Below, piece by piece: positions 11,121-21,692 of a stretch of 64,000 nt of DNA. A program made the translations under genes and the position numbers. Below the pieces are notes generated by a model. That model saw nothing but the letters and a program-made list of their open reading frames with translations. It searched no databases and was not told the DNA's origin. The DNA lies in contig JACAEQ010000036.1 in assembly GCA_013388755.1 (NCBI GenBank), positions 1 through 64,000 on the forward strand. Reading direction: 5' to 3'. Each line of letters opens with the position of its first letter. Within the stretch, counting starts at the first letter, position 1. Source of the stretch: Chloroflexota bacterium. GTDB taxonomy: Bacteria; Chloroflexota; Chloroflexia; Chloroflexales; Roseiflexaceae.

Positions 11121-12206
11121 ATGAAGATCAGCCTTAGTTTTGTCGCGCGCCTGGCAGGAATGCTTGGACTGGCATACCTTGGCTTCAGCGTGGGCACGGT
11201 GCTTTCTGGCGAGCAGCCGACCGAGGCCGAATTACTGGCAACCCGGTTGCTGACGCTGGCCGGCGCAGGGTTGGGATTACTGACAACGCATCGCTGGACG
11301 ATCGAACCCGCGCGCGATCTGATTCGCCATATGCGCAGCGTCTCGATCGCGGAGTTGACGGCGCTGGTTTTTGGTGCGCTACTCGGCCTGGTGTTCGCCG
11401 TCCTGCTGGCGATACCGCTGGCGCAGTTGCCTCCCCCGCTCGGCCAGTTCGGCCCTGTGGTCGTGGCCGGGGCGCTGGCATACCTCGGAGCGGTGCTCTT
11501 CTCAAGCCGTAAGAAGGAGATTGCCGATCTCTTGCTTGCATCGCGTCGTGGGCCGCTGGTGCTGCCACAACAGTTTGGCGACATGATCCAGCCGCAGCGG
11601 CGCTACCTGATCGATACCTCGGCCATCGTTGACGGGCGAATTGCGGCAGTGATGCAGACTGGTTTCATTGACGGAACGCTCCTTGTGCCAAACTTCGTCC
11701 TGAGCGAGCTGCAGTCGCTGGCCGACTCGGCCGACGAATTGCGGCGCGCCAGGGGGCGTCGTGGGCTTGAAATACTCAACGCGATGCAGAAACAGACCAC
11801 GAGCGCCGTTGAGGTGTTGAATGTCGAAGTGCCCGGCACGCAGGAGGTAGATGAGAAACTTGTGGTGCTGGGACGCCAGTACCATTGCCCGGTGATTACC
11901 AATGATCACAATCTTGGCCGTGTCGCCGAGTTGCAGGGGGTCAAGGTGTTGAGCCTGAACCAGCTTGCTGATGCGGTGCGCCCACCGGTGGTGCCGGGCC
12001 AGGATCTGCGTGTGATGATCCGCGACGTCGGGCGGGAGCGCGAACAGGGTATCTCGTTTCTGGACGACGGCACCATGGTGGTGGTCGAAGACGCCCGGCG
12101 TCTGGTGGGGCATGAAGTCGGCACGGTGGTTACCCGCGTGTACCAGACACAGACGGGGCGGATCGTGTTTGCCCAGCTGCGCCCGGAAACGGGGGTCCGG
12201 GGATGA
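11121..12206 (+). CDS. PIN/TRAM-domain membrane protein (YacL-like)
   Basis: N-terminal TM helices, PIN domain (LIDTSAIVDGRIAAV...), C-terminal TRAM-like beta region; conserved position after radA; start set to MKISLSF at 11121. Confidence 0.8.
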   Translation: MKISLSFVARLAGMLGLAYLGFSVGTVLSGEQPTEAELLATRLLTLAGAGLGLLTTHRWTIEPARDLIRHMRSVSIAELTALVFGALLGLVFAVLLAIPLAQLPPPLGQFGPVVVAGALAYLGAVLFSSRKKEIADLLLASRRGPLVLPQQFGDMIQPQRRYLIDTSAIVDGRIAAVMQTGFIDGTLLVPNFVLSELQSLADSADELRRARGRRGLEILNAMQKQTTSAVEVLNVEVPGTQEVDEKLVVLGRQYHCPVITNDHNLGRVAELQGVKVLSLNQLADAVRPPVVPGQDLRVMIRDVGREREQGISFLDDGTMVVVEDARRLVGHEVGTVVTRVYQTQTGRIVFAQLRPETGVRG

Positions 12207-12297
12207 TGCCTGGTGTCGTGGTGCGCTCGTGGTCCAATCGCATCCTGGATAGCGCGGAGAAGCCAGACATGTCTGTTTACGTCTCAGGAGGCAATGC

Positions 12298-13701
12298 ATG
12301 ACCATTCCATCGGATACGTTCATAACCGATCCAGCCGGTGTGTTGCCAGTTCCTGGCCCGCGCGCCGAGGCGCTGGTCGCCCGCGATCATAAGGTCTATG
12401 CTCCGTGCATGGGACGCGTTTACCCCTTCGTGATGGAACGCGGCCAGGGGTGCGAGGTGTGGGACGTTGATGGTCACCGGTATCTCGACCTCAATGCCGG
12501 GATTGCCGTTGTCTCAACCGGGCACTCCCACCCGCGGATCGTGCGCGCCATACAGGATCAGGCAACGCGGTTCGTTCACATGGCTGCCACCGATTTCTAC
12601 AATGAGCCGATGATCCGGCTCGGGGAACGACTCACGGCCACCATGCCGCGCCAGTACGCCTGGCAGGCGTTCCTGACCAACTCCGGTACCGAGTCGATCG
12701 AAGCGGCAATTAAACTGGCACGCTACGTGACCGGCCGCCAGGGAATCATCGCCTTCTTTGGCGCGTTCCACGGCCGTTCATACGGCGCCCTCTCGCTCAC
12801 CGCGTCAAAGCCGGCGCAGCGCCGCGGCTATTACCCGCTGGTCCCCGGCTCGTTTCACGCCTTCTATGCCAACCCATACCGCCCGCCTTTTGGCGTCGAT
12901 CCTGCGCGGGTGACCGAGGTCTGCCTCTCGTACATCGAGGACACATTGCTGCACACGGTTGCACCGCCACGCGATGTTGCGGCCATTGTTGTGGAACCCA
13001 TCCAGGGTGAGGGTGGCTATGTGGTTCCCTCGCCCGGTTTTCTGTGCGGGTTGCGCCAGTTGTGCGACCAGTACGGCATCCTGTTGATCCTCGATGAGGT
13101 TCAGAGTGGTGTTGGCCGCACCGGTACGATGTGGGCCTTTGAGCAGGAATGCCCTGCGGATGAATCCGGTGCATGCGCCACCTGCAACCGCGCACAACCG
13201 ATCGGATGCGTGCCCGATATTCTGGCCACGGCCAAGGGGCTCGGTGCCGGCATGCCAATCGGGGCGATTGTAGCGCGCAAGGATCTCACTGAGTTGTGGG
13301 AGCCCGGCTCGCACGGCAATACGTTTGGCGGCAATGCCCTGGCATGCGCCGCAGCCAATGAGGTGCTCGACCTGGTGCAAACAGAGCTGGCGGCCAATGC
13401 TGCCCGGGTTGGCACCCATCTGCTCCGTGGGTTGCGCGAGTTGCAGCAACGCTATGACGTCATCGGCGATGTGCGTGGGCGTGGACTGATGATCGGTGTG
13501 GAATTCGTCAAGGATCGTGCGACACGCGAGCCGGCGCGCGCGCTGGCCCACCAGGTGATGGAAGAAGCGTTCCATCGTGGCCTGCTGATCCTGACCTGCG
13601 GCACATCTACGATTCGCTTCTGTCCGCCGCTGGTGCTGACCGAAGCGCAGGCGGACGAGGGCCTTGCCAGGTTTGAGGCGGCGCTGCGCGCGAGCCTGTG
13701 A
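12298..13701 (+). CDS. Class-III pyridoxal-phosphate aminotransferase (GABA/acetylornithine aminotransferase family)
   Basis: VVSTGHSHPRIVRAIQDQ, LILDEVQSGVGRTG, ATAKGLGAGMPIGA (PLP-Lys); AGGAGG RBS; contains an atypical 18-aa Cys-rich insertion. Confidence 0.88.
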   Translation: MTIPSDTFITDPAGVLPVPGPRAEALVARDHKVYAPCMGRVYPFVMERGQGCEVWDVDGHRYLDLNAGIAVVSTGHSHPRIVRAIQDQATRFVHMAATDFYNEPMIRLGERLTATMPRQYAWQAFLTNSGTESIEAAIKLARYVTGRQGIIAFFGAFHGRSYGALSLTASKPAQRRGYYPLVPGSFHAFYANPYRPPFGVDPARVTEVCLSYIEDTLLHTVAPPRDVAAIVVEPIQGEGGYVVPSPGFLCGLRQLCDQYGILLILDEVQSGVGRTGTMWAFEQECPADESGACATCNRAQPIGCVPDILATAKGLGAGMPIGAIVARKDLTELWEPGSHGNTFGGNALACAAANEVLDLVQTELAANAARVGTHLLRGLRELQQRYDVIGDVRGRGLMIGVEFVKDRATREPARALAHQVMEEAFHRGLLILTCGTSTIRFCPPLVLTEAQADEGLARFEAALRASL

Positions 13702-13715
13702 GGAGCGCGCTTCAC

Positions 13716-13770
13716 GCTGTCGCTTGCGCTCCGCGCCATGACAACAGGCGTAGAGTCTTTCGGATAGGGC
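13716..13770. repeat. Family-B repeat, half copy (right arm, B2)
   Basis: GCTGTCGCTTGCGCTCCGCGCCATGACAACAGGCGTAGAGTCTTTCGGATAGGG matches the right arm of B1. Confidence 0.6.
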
Positions 13771-14292
13771 CTAACTGACGGTATACGCCGGCGGCGGTGT
13801 CTGTGGCCGCTGGCGTACCGCCAGCCAGCCGCCGAGCGCGCCGAGCGCCAGAGAGAACAGCAGATGGAACACGCCAGCGCAGAACCCGATAACCGGCCCC
13901 ATCACCGTCACCAGGCCGCGAATATCGTCATCGGTCAACCCTGAGGCCGGTTGTTGCTCCTCAATCTGTCGCAGTACCTGCTCGAAGAGCGCCGGATCGC
14001 TCTGAACAATCATGAACGCAACGATCCAGAAAATAACCGACCCGACAAGAGCGCCGACACCGGCGACCGCTCCGGCAAGCGTACCGCTGCCGATCCCGGC
14101 AGCCTCGCCACCCCAGCGCACACCAACATAGCCTGCGATTGCACCCACTGCTATGCTTGCCACTGGCCCGCAGCAAAAGACCCCGACCGCCGGGACGAAC
14201 GACAGGCCGGCAACGGCGACAAGACTGACCAGCGCGAATATGAGGCCGGATTTGAGACCGCCGGACATGCTCCCCCTCCTCACGCAGAGCAC
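13771..14292 (-). CDS. Gly/Ala-rich integral membrane protein, function unknown
   Basis: 173 aa, 4-5 hydrophobic helices rich in G/A/V; no recognisable catalytic motif. Confidence 0.5.
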   Translation of the reverse strand: MLCVRRGSMSGGLKSGLIFALVSLVAVAGLSFVPAVGVFCCGPVASIAVGAIAGYVGVRWGGEAAGIGSGTLAGAVAGVGALVGSVIFWIVAFMIVQSDPALFEQVLRQIEEQQPASGLTDDDIRGLVTVMGPVIGFCAGVFHLLFSLALGALGGWLAVRQRPQTPPPAYTVS

Positions 14293-14330
14293 TGCACCAT
14301 GATCGCCATTGTACCACGCTCCTCGTCAGG

Positions 14331-14359
14331 TTGACACGCGCACCCCGATCGCCTAAAAT
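14331..14359 (+). promoter_or_regulatory. Canonical sigma-70-like promoter upstream of the GH2 gene
   Basis: TTGACA-N17-TAAAAT ~95 nt upstream of ATG 14456. Confidence 0.5.
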
Positions 14360-14455
14360 AGCGCGTCTGCCACAGCAGAAACCCCATACGCGGCAATCAA
14401 CAGCATGCCCCTATCGCCCCGCGCATGTGGTTACATCAGAGTGCACGATACTGCA

Positions 14456-16630
14456 ATGAACTTCCCCATGGTTCTGTCGCTGAACGATGCATGGAAACTG
14501 CGCCCCGTCGATTCGTTTCGCCAGGGATTGTATCCCCGTGATGACGATACCTGGCTCACGCAGGACCTGCCCGCTCACTGGCAGCAACATCCGCTCCTGG
14601 AACGTTACGCCGGCTGTATGGTCTATCGCCGCCGGTTCACGCTGCCCGACGAGCAGCGCACAGGGAACGCTTCGTCGCCGGCACGCTATTTTTTGCGCCT
14701 CAACGGCGTCTTCTACTGGGCACAACCGTACTTCAATGGTGTTGATCTGGGGCGCCACGAGGGATACTTTGAACCGTACGAACGTGATGTGACCGCCTGG
14801 ATCGCACCGGAAAACGAAGTGCTCATCGAGGTAGAATGCCCTGATGAGTGCCACAAGACCGGCAAAAGGCTGATTACCGGTGTCTTCTCGCACTGGGATT
14901 GCATGGATCCGCTGGCCAATCCGGGTGGGATCTGGCTGCCAGTCGAGGTGATCGCTACCGGGTCGGTGCGGTTGCGCGACGTGTTGCTACAGACTGAGGC
15001 AGCCGGCGAGACGCTGGCAGAGTTGCGCTTTCGCGCGATACTCGATGCCGCCGCGGCCCAGGATGTGACGCTGCGCTGGACGTTCGCGCCCTTCAATTTC
15101 GCCGGCGCCGTGCAAACGGTTGAGCAGCACCGGGCGCTGGCGCCTGGCGAGCACGAGATCTCTGGCGTTCTCACCCTGCGCGATCCACAACTCTGGTGGC
15201 CCCACGACATGGGTGCCCCCTGCCTCTATACGGTCACACTCGACGTCGTATCTGGTGGCAATGTCTCGGATGCGCGTACCTTCCGCTTTGGTATTCGCAC
15301 GTTCGAATTGCACGACTGGATCCCCTACCTCAACGGCACACGGTTCTTTATCAAAGGGAACAACTATCCGCCAACCGACGTGCGTATTGCAACGACGACC
15401 AGCGAACGTTGCCGTGAGGATCTGCGCCTGGCGCGCGAGTGCAACATGAATCTGCTGCGCGTTCACGGCCATGTGGCGCACCCGGCATTCTACGATGCCG
15501 CTGATGAGGCCGGCATCCTGCTCTGGCAAGACTTCCCGCTGCACTGGCTCTACCGCCGTGAGGTGCTCCCTGAGGCGCGCCGCCAGGCACGCGCCATGGT
15601 GCGCCTGCTTGGGAATCATCCGTCGGTCGCGCTCTGGTGTATGCATAATGAGCCTGTGTATGTCGTTGACACGCGTGACGAACGGCTGGTCACGAAACTG
15701 CGCACGTATGCGTCAATGTTTATCTATAGCTGGAACCGCGACGTGCTCGACAGCGCATTGAAGCGGGTGGTCCAGCGCGAAGATGGACGCCGCCCGGTCA
15801 TACGATCATCGAATGAGTATGCGATTCCAGGCATCCGCGACGGAACCAGCACCCATTTCTATTATGGCTGGTACACAATCTATGGCCGGCTCGAGGAGTG
15901 GGAGCCACTGATTCGCCGCTTTCCGAAACTGGCGCGCTTCGTGACCGAGTTCGGTGCACAGAGTTTTCCCAATGTTGAGAGTTGTGTCAGGTTCATGGAT
16001 GCCGACATTGCCCGTATCGACTGGCAGCGTCTGGTCGAACGCCATCAGTTCCAACCCGATATCATGGCGCACTGGTACGACTGGCGCGCGGCACGCTCAC
16101 TTGATGAACTGGTGCACATGTCGCAGGCGTACCAGATCAGGCTCAATCGCCATTATGTCGATCGGCTACGCCTGCGGAAGTATCGTCTGACCGGTGGGAT
16201 CGTGCCATTTATGTTTCACGATCCGAATCCGGCGATTACCTGGTCAATCCTCGACCACTGGCGCGTCCCGAAGCAGTCGTACCATGCGCTGCGCCTGGCT
16301 TTCAGCCCGCAGTATGTTTTCAGCGTGCCGGCCAGAGAGACGATGATGCCGGGTGAGTCGCTCGACCTGCCGATCTATGTGGTGAACGATGCTCATCGCG
16401 ATATGCCGGTAACCGTCGCTGCGCGTCTCACCGGCTCCGACCAGCGAACCCTCGCGGCCGTCGAGCGTTCATTTCAGTTACCGTCCGACTGTATGGCCAT
16501 GGAGATTGAGCGCTTGCGGCTGACGCCGTCGCTTCCCGGCGTGTATCGCCTGGAACTGACATTGCGGCTGGAGAAAGGCGATGAGCTCATCAATACCTAC
16601 GACATTGTCGTTACCGGTAGCGCACGATAA
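14456..16630 (+). CDS. Glycoside hydrolase family 2 (beta-mannosidase/beta-galactosidase-like)
   Basis: GH2 sugar-binding, Ig-like and TIM-barrel regions; NGTRFFIKGNNYPP, LRVHGHVAHPAFYDAADEAGILLWQDFP, MHNEP; start re-set to MNFPMV. Confidence 0.8.
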   Translation: MNFPMVLSLNDAWKLRPVDSFRQGLYPRDDDTWLTQDLPAHWQQHPLLERYAGCMVYRRRFTLPDEQRTGNASSPARYFLRLNGVFYWAQPYFNGVDLGRHEGYFEPYERDVTAWIAPENEVLIEVECPDECHKTGKRLITGVFSHWDCMDPLANPGGIWLPVEVIATGSVRLRDVLLQTEAAGETLAELRFRAILDAAAAQDVTLRWTFAPFNFAGAVQTVEQHRALAPGEHEISGVLTLRDPQLWWPHDMGAPCLYTVTLDVVSGGNVSDARTFRFGIRTFELHDWIPYLNGTRFFIKGNNYPPTDVRIATTTSERCREDLRLARECNMNLLRVHGHVAHPAFYDAADEAGILLWQDFPLHWLYRREVLPEARRQARAMVRLLGNHPSVALWCMHNEPVYVVDTRDERLVTKLRTYASMFIYSWNRDVLDSALKRVVQREDGRRPVIRSSNEYAIPGIRDGTSTHFYYGWYTIYGRLEEWEPLIRRFPKLARFVTEFGAQSFPNVESCVRFMDADIARIDWQRLVERHQFQPDIMAHWYDWRAARSLDELVHMSQAYQIRLNRHYVDRLRLRKYRLTGGIVPFMFHDPNPAITWSILDHWRVPKQSYHALRLAFSPQYVFSVPARETMMPGESLDLPIYVVNDAHRDMPVTVAARLTGSDQRTLAAVERSFQLPSDCMAMEIERLRLTPSLPGVYRLELTLRLEKGDELINTYDIVVTGSAR

Positions 16631-16797
16631 CCGGTCATGGTCAGGGGTCCGGAAGTGCAGAACATCGCCAGGATCGCGCGCATAACGCCCACGCTCGCAG
16701 CACGCACGTGGTCCGATCGTTCCGCCACGTCGCTATCGAAGAAATGCGAACAGTCACAGCACAGAGACTCTGCCGTCACATTGAAAAGGAAGATTCC

Positions 16798-17985
16798 ATG
16801 CTCGACAAAGCTAACGCCATCGCTCCTGAGATCATTCGCCTGCGCCGCGAGATTCACACCTACCCGGAACTGGCGTTCCAGGAGGTGCGTACCGCGCGCC
16901 TGGTCGCCGAAACCTTGCGCGAGATCGGCGGCATCGACATTCGCACCGGCGTCGGTAAGACCGGCGTCGTCGGCCAGATCGGCACGGGCGATGGCCCGAC
17001 GATCGGTATTCGTGCCGATATGGACGCGCTACCCATCGCTGAGGCCACCGGCCAGCCGTTTGCCTCGCAGACGCCGGGAAATATGCACGCCTGCGGTCAT
17101 GACGCGCATACGGCCATCCTGCTCGGCGTCGCCCATCTGCTCAAACATGAGTTCGCCGCCGGCGGGCTGCGCGGCAATGTGCGCTTCCTGTTCCAACCGG
17201 CGGAAGAGGCACAGGACGATGAGGGATTGAGCGGCGCGCCACGCATGATTGACGACGGCGCACTCGATGGCGTCGATCATGTGATCGCCCTGCACGTCGA
17301 CTCAACGTTACCGGTCGGGCAGATGACTCTGCGCGATGGTGCCAGTTCGGCGGCGGTCGATAGTTTCCGGGGCTGGATCACGGGCAGTGGCGGGCACGGC
17401 GCATACCCGCACCTGGGCACCGACCCGCTCTGGATGCTCCTGCCGGTCATGCAGGCGCTGCACGGCATTGTCACGCGCCGTGTCGACCCGATGAAACCAG
17501 CGGTCGTCAGCCTGGGGGTGGTCCGTGGCGGCACAGTGTCAAATGTCATCCCCGCCGAGGTTTACCTGGAGGGCACGCTGCGCAGTTTCGACCCGGATGT
17601 GCGCGAACAGCTTATGACGGAGGTTGAACGCTCCTTCGCCGTGGCTCGTGCATTCGGCGGCGATTACCGGCTGGAGATCGAGCGCGGCTATCCTGCCGGC
17701 CATAATGACACGACGGTCACGAACTGGATGGCCGGTGTGATCACCGACCTGGTCGGCGCCGAGGCGATCGATCGCACCCGTGCAGGCATGGGCGCGGAAG
17801 ACTTCGCCTATATGACCCGGAAAGCGCCCGGCGCCATGTTTATGCTCGGCGCCGCGATTGACGATGGCATCAGCCGTGGGCACCATACGCCGATCTTCGA
17901 CATTGACGAACGCGCATTCGCGCTGGGCGCGGCAGTGCTGGCCGAGACGGCCCGGCGCTACCTGGCGGGTGAACTGCAACGGTGA
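16798..17985 (+). CDS. M20-family amidohydrolase (hippurate hydrolase / aminoacylase-like)
   Basis: NMHACGHDAHTAILLG metal-binding motif, dimerisation-domain pattern of M20D; start re-set to MLDKANA. Confidence 0.8.
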   Translation: MLDKANAIAPEIIRLRREIHTYPELAFQEVRTARLVAETLREIGGIDIRTGVGKTGVVGQIGTGDGPTIGIRADMDALPIAEATGQPFASQTPGNMHACGHDAHTAILLGVAHLLKHEFAAGGLRGNVRFLFQPAEEAQDDEGLSGAPRMIDDGALDGVDHVIALHVDSTLPVGQMTLRDGASSAAVDSFRGWITGSGGHGAYPHLGTDPLWMLLPVMQALHGIVTRRVDPMKPAVVSLGVVRGGTVSNVIPAEVYLEGTLRSFDPDVREQLMTEVERSFAVARAFGGDYRLEIERGYPAGHNDTTVTNWMAGVITDLVGAEAIDRTRAGMGAEDFAYMTRKAPGAMFMLGAAIDDGISRGHHTPIFDIDERAFALGAAVLAETARRYLAGELQR

Positions 17986-18803
17986 TGATGATCATACCCG
18001 ACTACGCCGCCTACATTTTTGACCTTGACGGAACCGTTTACCTCGGCGACGCGCTGCTGCCCGACGCAGACACAACGATTCGGCGGCTGCGCGCCGCCGG
18101 CGCGCGGGTGCTCTTCCTCTCGAACAACCCGACACGTACCCGCGCCCAGTATGCCGCCAGGTTAACGGCGCTCGGCATACCGACCGAACCGGATGAGGTG
18201 GTGAATTCGTCGTTTGTCCTGGTGCGCTGGCTGCTGGCCGAAGCCCCTGGCAGTCGCCTGTTCGTCGTCGGGGAGCAGCCATTGTGCGATGAATTGCTGG
18301 CCGCCGGATTTGAACTGGCTGACAACGCCGAAGACGTTGCATTCGTGATCGCTTCATTCGATCGCACGTTTGTCTATCGCAAACTGCAGATCGCGTTTGA
18401 TGCGTTACGCGCCGGCGCGCGGTTCATCGCCACGAATCCCGACCGGTATTGCCCGACCCCCGGCGGCGGCGAGCCAGATGCTGCCGCGATCATTGCCGCG
18501 ATTGAAGCCTGTAGCGCCCACCCGGTGGAAGTGATCGTCGGCAAGCCATCACCGATTATGGCGCGGACCGTGCTCGACCTCCTGCAACTACCACCCGCGC
18601 GTTGCCTGATGATTGGTGATCGGCTGGAGACAGATATCGCTATGGGGATCGAGGCCGGCATGGCAACCGCGCTGACATTGACCGGCGCGACCGACCGGCG
18701 CATGCTGGCAGCATCCAGCACCCGGCCGGACTTTGTCATTGAGTCGATCGCCGATCTTTGCCCCCGCCAGGAACCCTATCTGTCGCGGGCACGATGCCCT
18801 TGA
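17982..18803 (+). CDS. HAD-superfamily hydrolase, subfamily IIA (NagD-like sugar phosphatase)
   Basis: FDLDGTVY (motif I DxDGT), SNN (motif II), GDRLETDI (motif IV); 4-nt overlap with upstream gene. Confidence 0.8.
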   Translation: MMMIIPDYAAYIFDLDGTVYLGDALLPDADTTIRRLRAAGARVLFLSNNPTRTRAQYAARLTALGIPTEPDEVVNSSFVLVRWLLAEAPGSRLFVVGEQPLCDELLAAGFELADNAEDVAFVIASFDRTFVYRKLQIAFDALRAGARFIATNPDRYCPTPGGGEPDAAAIIAAIEACSAHPVEVIVGKPSPIMARTVLDLLQLPPARCLMIGDRLETDIAMGIEAGMATALTLTGATDRRMLAASSTRPDFVIESIADLCPRQEPYLSRARCP

Positions 18804-19372
18804 CGAGCGAGGAGTGTACAGCCAGGAGAACTGCGGTGAGCCACAGTGTCCACGAAGAACGCGCTCATGCCGAGATACCGCTGGTTGATTGTGGTATCAT
18901 AACTATCAGCGACACGCGCACGCCAGAGACGGATGGCAGCGGGGCGGCAATCCGCCTGGCGCTCGAATCAGCAGGTCATCGCGTACTGCGCTATGCAGTC
19001 GTGAAGGACGAACCGGCGCAAATCGTCGCCACGGTGCGGGGATTCGCCACGGCGGGATGCCAGGTCATCATTACGAACGGCGGCACCGGGATTGCACGCC
19101 GCGATAGCACCTTCGAGGCGATCGACGGCCTGCTCGAGAAGCGATTACCCGGCTTTGGCGAAATCTTCCGCATGCTGTCGTATCACGACATCGGTGCGGC
19201 GGCAATGCTCTCGCGCGCCACTGCCGGCACGTTCGGGCAGTCACTGATCTTCTGCCTGCCGGGTTCAACCGGCGCGGTGCGCCTGGCAATGGAAAAGCTG
19301 ATCGTGCCGCAACTCGCCCACCTGGTGTGGGAAACCGTTCGCCAACGCGACAGCGGCGAGCCGCAACCGTGA
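18794..19372 (+). CDS. moaB: Molybdenum cofactor biosynthesis protein MoaB/MogA family
   Basis: [17 protein letters not shown]..., GGTGIARRD; start uncertain (track ORF begins 18758). Confidence 0.75.
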   Translation: MPLTSEECTARRTAVSHSVHEERAHAEIPLVDCGIITISDTRTPETDGSGAAIRLALESAGHRVLRYAVVKDEPAQIVATVRGFATAGCQVIITNGGTGIARRDSTFEAIDGLLEKRLPGFGEIFRMLSYHDIGAAAMLSRATAGTFGQSLIFCLPGSTGAVRLAMEKLIVPQLAHLVWETVRQRDSGEPQP

Positions 19373-19424
19373 TTCGCGGACGCGCTGCCTTTCTGCGCGC
19401 GGCGCGCCCTACCGGGGCGCAAGG

Positions 19425-19658
19425 TTGTTGCACTTTGCTATCACGACGATGCGCTGGATCTTTCTAAAACTGATTCGCTTTTACCAGCTCTTCATCTCGC
19501 CGGCACTCCCACCCAGTTGTATCTACGAGCCAAGCTGCTCGAAATACACCTACCAGGCGATCGAGAAATATGGCGCGCTGAAGGGAACATACCTCGGCAT
19601 CCGCCGTATCCTGCGCTGCCATCCGTGGGCCAGGGGCGGTCATGATCCCGTACCCTGA
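19425..19658 (+). CDS. yidD: Membrane protein insertion efficiency factor YidD
   Basis: 77 aa with [59 protein letters not shown], classic YidD/DUF37 signature. Confidence 0.85.
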   Translation: MLHFAITTMRWIFLKLIRFYQLFISPALPPSCIYEPSCSKYTYQAIEKYGALKGTYLGIRRILRCHPWARGGHDPVP

Positions 19659-19685
19659 GAGCCTGTTCGCACACGATACGCCTCG

Positions 19686-19807
19686 TGTCGTTGCGCGGAG
19701 CGTCAGTGACCGCCTGCAGCGGGCGACGCGTGGCTGAAGCACTCTCCGCTCGCGCCGCTCGATTGCGTCGCTGCGCGCAATACTATCCCATCCGTTATTC
19801 GGATAGG
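19686..19807. repeat. Family-B repeat (copy B3, inverted orientation)
   Basis: TCGATTGCGTCGCTGCGCGCAATAC...CCGTTATTCGGATAGG is the reverse complement of the B1 left arm. Confidence 0.7.
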
Positions 19808-19841
19808 CACCATGCGCGTTCCGGGTCCGTTGCGCCTGCGT

Positions 19842-20600
19842 TCAGCAGCAGAGTTCGAATGCCTGCCTCAATGCTGCCACCGTATCGCCGCGTGGAACGA
19901 ACTCCTGCCCGACGTAGCCGTCATAACCGGTTGACGCAATCGCCCGCATCACCGCCACGTAGTTAATCTCCTGGGTTTCATCAATCTCATGCCGGCCGGG
20001 GTTGCCTGCCGTATGGTAGTGGCAAAACCAGCGATGCTGCGACTCGATCGTGCGAATGAGATCGCCTTCCATGATCTGCGCATGGTAGATGTCGTAGAGC
20101 AAGCGCACGCGCGGTGAATCCACCTGACGGACAACCTCGACACCCCAGGAGGTATGGTCGAACTGGTAGCCGGGATGGTCCACCTTGCTATTGAGCAATT
20201 CCAGCGCCAGGTACACACCCGCATCCTCGGCGGCGCGCGCCACACGTCGTAAGCCCTCAACAGTCGCTTCTATCCCTTCTGCATCGGTACAGCCATCACG
20301 ACTGCCGCTGAAACAGATCAGGTTCGGGATGCGCCATGTTTCCGCCAGGCGCAGGCTCGCCAGGATTTCACGCTCGATGCGATCATGCTGGTCACGTCGG
20401 TTCAAGCCCAGCTCGATCGATGCATGCCCGTTGGCTGAAGCAATGGCCAGGCCATGCGCATGGATGAGCGGCCAGTGTTCCTGCGGAGCAAGTTCCACGG
20501 CGGCATAGCCAATCTCGGCGACGGCGCGAACGAATCGCTCAGGTGTCATATCGTCGCGCACATAGCACCACCATGAAGCCGATTGTTTGAAAGTCGCCAT
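19842..20600 (-). CDS. Xylose-isomerase-like TIM-barrel protein (hydroxypyruvate isomerase / sugar-phosphate isomerase-epimerase-like)
   Basis: 252 aa; ...AVELAPQE..., conserved His/Glu metal ligands of the AP-endonuclease-2/Hyi fold. Confidence 0.6.
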   Translation of the reverse strand: MATFKQSASWWCYVRDDMTPERFVRAVAEIGYAAVELAPQEHWPLIHAHGLAIASANGHASIELGLNRRDQHDRIEREILASLRLAETWRIPNLICFSGSRDGCTDAEGIEATVEGLRRVARAAEDAGVYLALELLNSKVDHPGYQFDHTSWGVEVVRQVDSPRVRLLYDIYHAQIMEGDLIRTIESQHRWFCHYHTAGNPGRHEIDETQEINYVAVMRAIASTGYDGYVGQEFVPRGDTVAALRQAFELCC

Positions 20601-20648
20601 ATCTTCTCCCGCTCTGAGTCAAGACACCGGAAACACGCCATTCGTCGT

Positions 20649-21587
20649 TTACCACTCCCCCAGACGCTCACCCCCGGCCAGGCGCAACCCGCGCCGCCAG
20701 TCGGCTGCCATAACCGGGCGTTTACCGGCCAGCTGCACCATCACCAGCACCAGCAACCCCTCACCGGTCGCGACTGCCGGACCATCGGCGGCATCAAGCA
20801 ACACACCGGGCAGTTCGGCACCGCGCCAGTCAGGAACCGTGCGCGCGGCGATAATCTTCAGTGGGGCACCGCGCCAGGATGTGACGGCTCCTGGCCAGGG
20901 ATCGTAGGCACGCGTCATCCGCTCAATCTGCACCGCCGGCAGGCTCCAGTCGATTTCACCATCCGTGCGCGTCAGCAGCCTGGTGAACGTTGCGTGCGCA
21001 TGATCCTGCGGCCGGGGCGCGATCGTTCCGGCGCCATAGGCGACCAGGACATCGACCAGCATGGAAGCACCAAGATCGAAGAGCTCGCGGGTGATTGCGC
21101 CGGCACGTGCATCGGGTGGAAGCGGCACGACACGTTGCGCCAGGATCGGGCCGGAATCCATCTTCGGCTCAAGCAGCATGATCGTGACCCCGGTGTGCGT
21201 GTCACCATTGAGGATTGCACCCGCTACCGGCGACGGGCCGCGATAGAGCGGCAACAATGACGGGTGGATATTGACGTAGCCGAGTGGGGGGATGGCGAGC
21301 ACATCACGGCGCAAGATCTCGCCATATGCGGCCACGACACCCACATCGGGACGTAGAGCGGCCAGTTGCGCCACTGCGGCAGCATCGCGCAATGTTTCAG
21401 GAGTGAGTACCGGCAGGCCAAGGCGCAACGCTGCCTGTTTCACCGGCGTCGCTACCGGTTGCTTGCTCCGCCCTGCCGGGCGATCCGGCTGCGTCACAAC
21501 CCCGACCAGGTGATAGCGAGCATCCGCTGCAAGACGTTCGAGCGGCGCTACGGCAAAGGCCGGACTGCCGAGAAAAACAACGCGCAT
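20649..21587 (-). CDS. fmt: Methionyl-tRNA formyltransferase
   Basis: MRVVFLGSPAFAVAPLERL..., VVTQPDRPAGR, HPSLLPLYRG (SLLP motif). Confidence 0.9.
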   Translation of the reverse strand: MRVVFLGSPAFAVAPLERLAADARYHLVGVVTQPDRPAGRSKQPVATPVKQAALRLGLPVLTPETLRDAAAVAQLAALRPDVGVVAAYGEILRRDVLAIPPLGYVNIHPSLLPLYRGPSPVAGAILNGDTHTGVTIMLLEPKMDSGPILAQRVVPLPPDARAGAITRELFDLGASMLVDVLVAYGAGTIAPRPQDHAHATFTRLLTRTDGEIDWSLPAVQIERMTRAYDPWPGAVTSWRGAPLKIIAARTVPDWRGAELPGVLLDAADGPAVATGEGLLVLVMVQLAGKRPVMAADWRRGLRLAGGERLGEW

Positions 21588-21662
21588 GCGGAATACCCCT
21601 GCATGATAATCGGAACAACACGCCAGCCACGCAGGTCTCTGCGCCGCCCCGGCCAGCCCTTA

Positions 21663-21692
21663 TTGCACAGCCCATGAACCGTGTAGTATAAT
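21663..21692 (+). promoter_or_regulatory. Sigma-70-like promoter (TTGCAC-N18-TATAAT) inside near-palindrome GTGTAGTATAATACAC, ~270 nt upstream of the ADH gene
   Basis: Read directly from sequence; implies a long 5' leader. Confidence 0.4.
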
